NCBI RefSeq assembly: GCF_006345805.1
Contig: NC_042998.1
Coordinates: 59,954,001-60,018,000 of the forward strand
Direction of reading: 5' to 3'
Source: Octopus sinensis
Lineage: Eukaryota
Length of the DNA: 64,000 nt
Shown here piece by piece: positions 54,011 to 64,000 of the stretch (position 1 is the first letter of the stretch; every line of letters begins with the position of its first letter). Under the pieces are notes generated by a model that saw only the letters and a program-made list of their open reading frames with translations, was not told the DNA's origin and did not search any database. Made by a program: the position numbers and the translations under genes.

Positions 54011-54192
54011 TGTTATTATCATTATTATCATTATCACCCGTCGCTACGTTCTGAGTTCAAATTTCGCCGAGGTCGACTTTGCCTTCCATCCATTAGGGGT
54101 CGATAAACAAAGTACCAATGAAACACTGGGGTCGATGGAAGTTACTCGTCCCTTCTACCCGAGTTTCAAGCATTGTGCTTTTAGTAGAAAAG

Positions 54193-54248
<56 letters not shown>

Positions 54249-56360
54249 CGTCATCATTGTTATTAAGGCGGCAAATGGAAAAGTCGTTAGCACGTCGGGC
54301 AAAATGTTTTGTGATATTTCGTTTTTCTTTACGTTCTGAGTTCAAATTCTGTCGAGGTCGACCTTGCCTTTCAACCTTTCGGGTTTCGATAAAATAAGCA
54401 ATCGACTTACCTCCTTACCCCTAAATTACTGACCTTGTGCCAAAAATTGAAACCATTAGTATTAGTAGTTGTTGTTGGTGGTGGTAGTGGTGCACAAATT
54501 TTGCACAGCTTTTTGTTTTCCAAGTAAAACTGAAAGAATTAATTTTCATGTTGGATATTATTTCAAACAAAATATTATAGAAACTTTTGAAATGTCTATA
54601 TCATAACAGATCAGACACTAAAAGTCGGATCTGAAAAATATTTCTGTTTTTATTTTAAGCATTTAATTCCAAATGAAAAAATAATTTCTTTTCATGCGTA
54701 AACCGCTCCCAGGAGAAATCACATTAAACAAAATCTAAGCTGCGCCTAGACTAAACAAAATCAAAACAAATATAAAAATATATGTCAATGAACGCAAGCA
54801 AACAAATGATAGAAGAGGTATCTATGTTGAGTTTTCAGCTAAAAACAAAAAAAGAAACATACAGTATGTCAGACAGCAAGTTTGAAATTAGTAAGAGTAC
54901 ACATGTAGCAACGAAAAGCCTGATTAGTACTTAGATGTGTGACCGCTTGGGAAACCTCGATGCTATAAGCATCTCACTAAGGCGGCGAGCTGGTAGGATC
55001 GTTAGTACGCTGGGCAAAATGTCTAGCGACATTTCGCCCGTCTTTACGTTCTGAGTTCAAATGCCGGCGGGGTCGATTCTATCATTCATCCTCTTCGGAG
55101 TCGATAAAATAAGTATCGTGTGAGCATTGGGACCGATTAAACGATTTACCCCTCACAAGAATTGCTGGGAGTAAAAGCAGTAGAAATGCACGAACGATTA
55201 TGATGGTGCCATGAAGGAAACATGCTTCAGACACACTCATTTAGTCATACAAACGTAACTGAGAGGAAATATGTCATAAATAACAGTGACAAACGAAATA
55301 TACACCGCCGGAAGTTGTTGATGACAAACAATAGCAGTAATTTTATTCAGCTGAATGCACGTTATTGATTGGTTGAAATTACCGAAATACCACAACTTTA
55401 ACACGAAATAACTTCGTAAATATAACCTTTTCCCAAAAATGCTAAGCGTAAAAGATGTTCAGTATGACACATTCTAACAGTATACGAAGTTTGAAAGTGT
55501 TTAGTTACAAAAAAATTAATTTCTCTATCTGCCGGTCAAAGGGAAATGATCCCAACCCACTACAGTCTACCATGCGAAATCATTTTCTGATTAAAATTTA
55601 CAAAATGTATATATTCTCTGCGGCATCAACTTTCATTAATATTCATTTTCAGTAATCTTGATCAACAGGAAATAGTATTTTAACTGCATAATATCCGACA
55701 ACATATATTTCAATGTACATTCATACAAAACAAAATTAGTGCAAGTAGACAAAATACTGTAATTTTTTTTATAATTTATTCTATTTCTTTGACATTTTAA
55801 ATGTCATTTTACTATTTATCCAGTCAGTGCTCGTCCAAGACATTTCTTTTCATCTTCTTTCTCAAAGACTTGTTTTTTTTAAATTTTCGTTTCTTCTACA
55901 TTTCTTCGCTTACTTTTCCCCTTCAGCATATCCTTCTCCATCTGCTACTACTATTGCTACTGCTGCTGCTGCTGCTACAAAGGTAATGAGCTCTCAGAAT
56001 CGTTAACGCGTCGATCAAAGTGTTTAGCGTAATTTCTTCCGATCGTTTACGTTCTTAGTTCAAATCGTGCTGAGAAGAACTTAGCGTTTCATCAACTTCG
56101 AGATGATAAAATAAAGTACTGGTCAAGTACTGGAGTCACTGTGATTAATGTGTTCCCTCCTCCTAAAATTGCTCTTTTGCGCCAAAATTAAAAACAATAT
56201 TGCTACTACAACAATGACGGCGAGCGGGCAGAATCGTTAGCACATCTGAAAATATGGTTAGCATCCTTTATCCCGTCTTCACATTTTGAGTTTAAATTCC
56301 GCCGAGGTCGACTTTGCCTTTCATCTTTTAGAGCTCGATAAAATAAATACCAGTCGACCT
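53690..56360 (+). mobile_element. Cluster of ~6 co-oriented SINE family A copies interleaved with (CAT)n, (ATT)n and (CTG)n tracts
   Basis: TTACGTTCTGAGTTCAAAT...GGTCGAC.TTGCCTT.CA variants at ~53695, 54045, 54270, 54985, 56005 and 56220. Confidence 0.8.
53891..54037 (+). repeat. (CAT)n microsatellite, source of spurious poly-His/poly-Met ORFs
   Basis: Direct reading. Confidence 0.95.
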
Positions 56361-56927
56361 TGTACAAAAATTTGAGATCAATATTACAACTATTACTACT
56401 TGAGTATAATCACCACTTTGTTAGATATTTCACTATTCTATACCCACGATGTTAAAGCACATTTTTGTTTGAAACTATTTACTACATATATACATTTCTA
56501 TACGCATTTTGCTACTTTGGAAACACGAATATCTATGTACCCCAATGTTTCTATCTGTCATATGATACTTCTCAAGCATTAAAAAAGCTATTGAAGTTAG
56601 TTTTAACAACAATAAATTTTCCGTTCCTATAGAAGACAAAGAAAGCTCTTAAAATATCAAGTCACACGTCTCCTTATCCACATACATATGCTCTTAACCT
56701 GAGTAGTTCTGCAATTTTATGCGTCTAATTAAATTTTCATTTTCTTCTGTCACACCAGGTATTATATTACGTCTTGTATCAAGATAATATTTTTTCAGAT
56801 TTTAACCTCTAGAAAAATATTATATTCTGGAACTTGTAGCTTTGTCGTCATTTCTCATAAAATACTAGGCTTTGTTTTGTTAAAATAAATCAATATGCCT
56901 GAGTGCTTAAGATCCTACAAGTGCCTA

Positions 56928-56961
<34 letters not shown>

Positions 56962-57659
56962 TTGATTAATTGAACAACTAACTGAATTAACATCCGAAGT
57001 TGCTGTTTTTTTTTTCTACTGACACGTCTTACCTGAACGTGACTTTTAGATAGAATCAGAATGGCTGTGTATAATGAAACTAAATTTTGCAATTAGATAC
57101 CGTATTTTACAGCTCACTTTCCGTCCATCCTTTGTTATTCAGAATCCTTGGTTCGATTCGAGGTTTTGGTAAATGTTCTCTGCCCAAGATGCCACGCGTG
57201 GTAATTGAACTCGGCATCCTGTGAGTTGAAAATAAACTTCATAACCGTGCAGTTTCCCTCTATTCAATTTCTTAGTGAAATTGAAAGAGGAAAACTGTTT
57301 CCTGTTACGGCAAAATGCATTTACCCTAGATGCTCAGCACAGTTCTTGAATCCAACATTTCGTAATTGCGAAAGGAATTTCCTTACCACGGAGTATCTCT
57401 CGACCCAATTCCACTCAGAATCTGCGGTTGGCATTCAAGCTATTTAAGATGGTAATTTCCCAAGATGCCGCTCACAGTTCTTGAACCTAGGCCCACGTGT
57501 TTGCAAAATGAGCATTTTAAGTACTGAGCTATTTTCATTTATTTTAACAAGATACAAAGTCTAATATTTTATGGGACAGGAGGATAAAGCTAAAAATTTA
57601 TTCTGAATACAGAATATAATTTATAATACCTTTTACAAACACACACGCAAACACACGCA

Positions 57660-57734
<75 letters not shown>

Positions 57735-58524
57735 ATAGGCTTCTTTCAGTTTCCGTCCACCAAATCTTTTCACAAATATTCTTACCGGACAGCCACACCT
57801 GCGCCTTTATCTAATTTTCAGAATTGCATATATTATATATATATATAATACATGAAATATGATAGGATTTGTTTAATATGATATAATTTGTTAGAAGTTA
57901 TATGTTGGAAGGTTGTAAATTATAAATATACACATCAACGCATACATGCGCGCGAGCAAAATTCTGACATACCGTCTCTTAGAAGTGTCCCAGTTAATCT
58001 GTTTAACGGAATAGCTTCGTCGTGAAATTAGCGTGAAAATGACTGAACACTTCAAAAACACGCGTAGTTCTCAAGGAGTGTGACTGAGAATGTGACGATA
58101 CGGGCGTTATAAATTCTATCTGCAAGTCATTTTTGCCACATCGATCCAACCGCAATGAAACTCACGACTTTCCGACTGTGAACCAAATATCCTAAAACAT
58201 TAGGCCACATGCCTTCACCACACAAACACACACACACACAATATTCGATACTGTTGACTCTCACGAGTTCCTCCGTTATTTGCCATAGATGGGTTACTTT
58301 TACCACCCGTGAGGGGTGACTAAATATCACCCTTCTGACTAACCAAGCTTGGAAGGGTTAGTGGCTTAGTCACTGACGATCCAACTATGCTTCAGGTTGT
58401 ATTGGGTTACATGTTATCAGTAGAGCTGAAAAATTACATGACAAATATATATATATATATAGATAGATAGATAGATAGATCAATAAATGGTGGGGTTGTG
58501 TTGACCGCACGTGGAGAAATGATA

Positions 58525-58699
58525 AGTAAGGAAAAATTTTTTTTAAAATGCAGAATGCTCAAATGAAAGAAAATTTTAATAAAATGAGAAATTGATAAAA
58601 TATATAAATATATATTATTTATATATTTTATCAATTCTCATTTTATTAAAATTTTCTTTCATTTGAGCATTCTGCATTTAAAAAAAATTTTTCCTTACT
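58525..58699. repeat. 175-bp AT-rich near-perfect palindrome
   Basis: AGTAAGGAAAAATTTT...GCAGAATGCTCAAATGAAAG arm and its reverse complement, differing by two 1-nt indels. Confidence 0.95.
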
Positions 58700-58715
58700 A
58701 TATATATATATATAT

Positions 58716-58809
<94 letters not shown>

Positions 58810-58813
58810 ATAT

Positions 58814-58882
<69 letters not shown>

Positions 58883-58944
58883 CTATATATATATATATAT
58901 ATAGTAAAATATATAGTAAAATATATATAGTAAAATACATAGTA

Positions 58945-59105
58945 AAAATTATAATTAAGGGTATCTAAGAGATACAGCCATGCCAGATATACCAGCCAAA
59001 ACTTGACTCTAAAGACACATGAACATTTAATGTGGATTTAGAGTCAACTTTTGGCTGCTATATCTGGCATGGCTGTATCTCTTAGATACCCTTAATTATA
59101 ATTTT
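58945..59105. repeat. 161-bp near-perfect palindrome
   Basis: 76-bp arms, 4 mismatches, 9-nt loop. Confidence 0.95.
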
Positions 59106-59885
59106 AATAATGATTATTGCCTATGAGGTTTTTATTCCCATGCTAGCCACCTGATATGATCGGTATTTAAATAACGATCTTATCCTTATATATATATATT
59201 ATATATATATATTATATATATATATATAATATATATATATATATGAGAAAAATGGAGAGTTTAAATAGAGAAAAGATTATTTATATAAGAGTCAATTTCA
59301 TATCACCTTATCTTCATGTATATTTTGCATTTAAGATTGCCTTATGCATTGTTCAGGGCAAAAATTCACAAATATTCGTTCACATCCTAATGGATGGAGA
59401 GTTGCTTACAGACTGAGATAGCTGCATGCTTTTGTGAGTTTGCGTTTGGTCAGCATGAGTGTCGTTTGGATTTCTTTCTAAAAACAGCTTGAATTTAAAC
59501 TACGACCACAGTAGAAAATGACTAGTTGTAGTTCTGAAGAACTAGGTCATACTATCATTCTCCTTCGATCGGTTTTATAAAGGCTGGCTACAATTCCTAT
59601 CTCTACTCGCTTGTGAAAAGGATCAAAATAACATCTATATTAGCAAGAATCCAAATCAATATTTTTTTTTTTTAACTTCTACTTTAGTTGTGAGAATTTC
59701 AATTTTTATTACAATTTTTTTTTTAGATAAATATCTATAACAACAATTGGAACTTCATGAGAGTTAACACTGATACTAACACAAGTCAATGGAATCCAAA
59801 GTATATTAATTGATATTGAGCTAAACCGGTGTACGTTTGGATAAAATACATCCCCGTCCAAGAGCAACCTCTTCGCATTCGAAAT

Positions 59886-60752
<867 letters not shown>

Positions 60753-62879
60753 GTGGATTATGCAGTATATAGCGTAGAGTCAAAAATCGCTGTTTACTCA
60801 GGAGGTCATAATCACATTTCATACGCAATGTATAACACATACGGTAATAAGAAATAAAAGTGTTTATTTGGCAATAGGTTTAGGAAATATCAACAAGCAT
60901 TTGTAGCGTGAAATGGAAGTTTCATCCTTCTTCGCCAAATAGATAATAAAACTGATTATCTTTTGACGAATTGTGTTGGACCTAAGAGGTATTTTTATGA
61001 GGATTATTGAAAAGTATGTTCTTACGATATGAATATATACACATACACATATGTGTGTTAGTGTTTGTGTGTGTGTGTGTGTGTGTATGTGTATATATAT
61101 ATATGTATCTATGTAGTTATATATGTAGGTATATATGTATGTGTGTGTTTGGGTGTGTGCGTATGTGTGTGTATGAGTATTTACATCCGCGTGCGCACAC
61201 AAACATACATACGTATTTGAATGTTATGAAAATTACTTAATAAAATTAAGTATAAAGTGGATTTATTATTATTATTTTAATAGTTTCTAAATCTTCTATC
61301 AGGATATTACTAACCTGTTTTGAGAAGCTTTTTTACTAGTGTGTGAGCGCTTTCGATTAATCTTTTCAAACACACGTGCTCATGTAGAGGTCACATGTAT
61401 CCCATTGACCAATCCCCTGCACGTTTCTCTGTTTTCCAGCAACTACTACAAATAAGTTTATCAACGTATGCATGTTTTTTTTCTTTTATTCCATAATAGT
61501 TTATTAGTAGCTGACGTGCAACTTCCACCCATTGGTAAATATCACTCCCAGGAAACGTTCTACAATATCCTTAACATTTTCATGTATATTCCATTTAGCT
61601 TTCTTCGCCATTTCTTTCGTAAACATCCAACTTTCCGACCTATATATCAAAACCTTTGAAACCCATAATTTGATGTATTTAGACATTTTTGTTTCCATGT
61701 TACGGATCTCATGCTCGTTGTACAGTATGTAAATTCAATTCTTAATTCACTGTGTCTTGGAAATTTCCAAACATAATCCGAAAAATGTGAAGTCCTTTAC
61801 ATACGTTAGCTAAATTTATATTAAAATGCATTAGAATTATTTTTAATGTCGAAGTTTGGAACAAGCCCCTCCAGGATTTTCCATACATATAAGCTAATTA
61901 TTATTAAAATGGATTAAAATTATTTTTGATATCGAAGTTTAGAACATGACCCCTTCCCCTACACACATACAAGAACGGCTTTACAGCTTCCTCAACTCGT
62001 CGAATTAATAGTAGTACACTGAAAGAGTATTAAAAGGAAGATTTATATTATCTCCATAATTCGTATCGACAATTATGGTTGGAGACTGACATCTGCTTTT
62101 TCGGAGAGTCATTTTGAAATCTGCTTCTTCTGCGTATGATATTGCTGTGCCACATTGAACAGGAGAGATAAATGCGAATTACATTGTAGAACCTAAATAG
62201 AATCAATATTTCCACCAGGCGATTAATCCTGTGTGACATTGCCTGGAATTGTATATGACCTGAGAATCGGCATCAGTTTCACTCAGAAGATTGCGTCGAA
62301 TTATTTGCCAAAGTCTGCGAATGATATATAAAAGAATTTAGGTTCTGATATTTGATACCTTCAATACGCCTGCGTATTGGTAATATTGGAGATAGTGTTG
62401 ATCTTCTTTGTCGAAAACCATTTTGGTTGATCTTTGGTAATGTTTTTTTTTATATTGAGGTTTATTCTTGAAAGCAAAATTTTGTTGTAAATATTAGCAA
62501 CCTTAATAGGTAAACTAATGCATCGGTGTCGCTTAGTGTATCCAAGTTCTTATCTTTGGGAAGGATATTAGAAGATTGCTCAACCAAATATAATATTTCT
62601 GCTAATGTAAGGATTTATTAACACGTCAAGTTATAGATCCAAAATTGCTACTGTTTTCTGCACTTCCACTGCCATACTGTCAGGACCTAGTAAATTAAAA
62701 ATACCGTTTAAAAAGTATTTTGATACAATACTTTAATTCTTCTGCGATAAAAGGCATTTACCTGGAAAAAAATAAAAGAAGTTATATGCAAGATTTCACA
62801 GCCCTAACGTCACTTCCCTTGTGGACAAAACTTAGCGTCGTGTGTTATCAAACTCTGGTAGAAAAAAGAGTTTTACACC

Positions 62880-63210
62880 AATGCTCCAAGGGCATCCATG
62901 CTGGTATGGTTATTATATTAGAGGGTGATGCTCTAGCTTCCTGAATAGGAACGGTGGTCAAAACTGACGAAAGGAGTCTTGTTTATCAGGACAATAATCA
63001 ATCGCACAAGTCCTCAGTTTCAATGGCTGCTGTTCCCGATTTGACCCTATTTGAGTATCACCTGTTACCTAACATGAAAGAACGCTTGGGTGAGAACCAA
63101 TATCGCAGTGATGATGACCTCACATCTCCAGTAACTTCAACAGTTACTTTAAAAGTCTTCTTTGAGCATTCAGAGGACAGTTTACCTAGAATGAAGCAAT
63201 TAGATTATTA
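62880..63210 (+). mobile_element. Decayed mariner transposase C-terminal remnant
   Basis: LVYQDNNQSHKSSVSMAAV / YHLLPNMKERLGENQYRSDDDL resembles QDNAPAHKS...DYHLFPNMKKHL...YRSDDE with a deletion. Confidence 0.7.
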
Positions 63211-63304
63211 ATAAGAATATGCTGATATTAATGTATGAAAGATGTTACATCTCTAGCATCACTCCTTCATAGTCAGCCTATGAACATTTCAGCCCATCCT
63301 CAGG

Positions 63305-63352
<48 letters not shown>

Positions 63353-63555
63353 TGTGTGTGTGTGTGCGTGCGTGTGTGTGTGTGTGTTGTGTGTGTGTGA
63401 GTGAGTGTGTGTGTGGGTGTGTGTGTGAATATTATTTTGCAAAATTAAGACCGAAATTTAAGATGGAATAAGTATTTTGCTCAAATATTTGACAGTCACT
63501 AAACAGTCTACCTTGTATTTATATGCACACACATGTGTGTGTGTACCTATATTTT

Positions 63556-63592
<37 letters not shown>

Positions 63593-63764
63593 ATATATAT
63601 ACATACATACAAACGTTGAATTATGTGGAACGAATGTAGAATTTTGATGTAGGTTTATAGAAAATGCATGTTTTTCTTGCGACTTGAGTTTCACTCGACT
63701 CCCACTATCTTGAAACTAGACTCAAGCGAGAACCATTCAGTTTCAATTAACTATGAACGTGCAC

Positions 63765-63965
63765 GCCGGGCGAAATGCTTAGCGGTATTTCGTCTGCCGT
63801 TACGTTCTGAGTTCAAATTCCGCCGAGGTCGACTTTGCCTTTCATCCTTTCGGGGTCGATAAAATAAGTAGCAGTTACGCACTGGGGTCGATATAATCGA
63901 CTTAATCCGTTTGTCTGTCCTTGTTTGCCCCGTCTGTGTTTAGCCCCTTGTGGGTTGTAAAAGAA
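63765..63965 (+). mobile_element. SINE family A, young-looking copy; another starts at ~63975
   Basis: Nearly identical to 13415-13644. Confidence 0.9.
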
Positions 63966-64000
63966 ATAGAAATAGGTATTTCGCCTGTCTTTACGTTCTG

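Noticed and set aside
53807-54106. Poly-Met/poly-His ORFs and the many YI/CV/TH/poly-N/I/L ORFs in the track
   Set aside because: Translations of microsatellites.

Overview
AT-rich, microsatellite-dense eukaryotic DNA. The repeat repertoire suggests a cephalopod (Octopus-like) genome; this is inference from repeat families only. No intact protein-coding gene, tRNA/rRNA gene or CRISPR array is supported, and most ORF-track entries are microsatellite translations. The window is a graveyard of mobile elements. (1) A 1-9.3 kb cluster, plus 49.6-52.8 kb, of R4/Dong-type RLE LINE fragments sitting in (AAT)n arrays, with four copies of a ~556-bp structured non-coding element that always lies just downstream of a Dong 3' end. 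(2) Several Penelope-like (PLE) fragments and at least five type-I hammerhead ribozyme motifs with palindromic or near-palindromic helix III. One has a non-canonical G3-C8 core that covaries with a related C3-G8 motif elsewhere in the window. (3) CR1, Tx1/L1 and RTE LINE fragments. (4) Mariner, Tc1-derived, Chapaev3-like and Helitron/Helentron-type DNA elements. (5) At least four tRNA-derived SINE families (labels A-D are mine). (6) Large near-perfect palindromes and two recent tandem duplications. The only host-gene-like trace is a decayed intronless rhodopsin-class GPCR pseudogene candidate at ~10.6-11.7 kb, plus a few unverified exon-like segments. All calls were made by eye without database searches.
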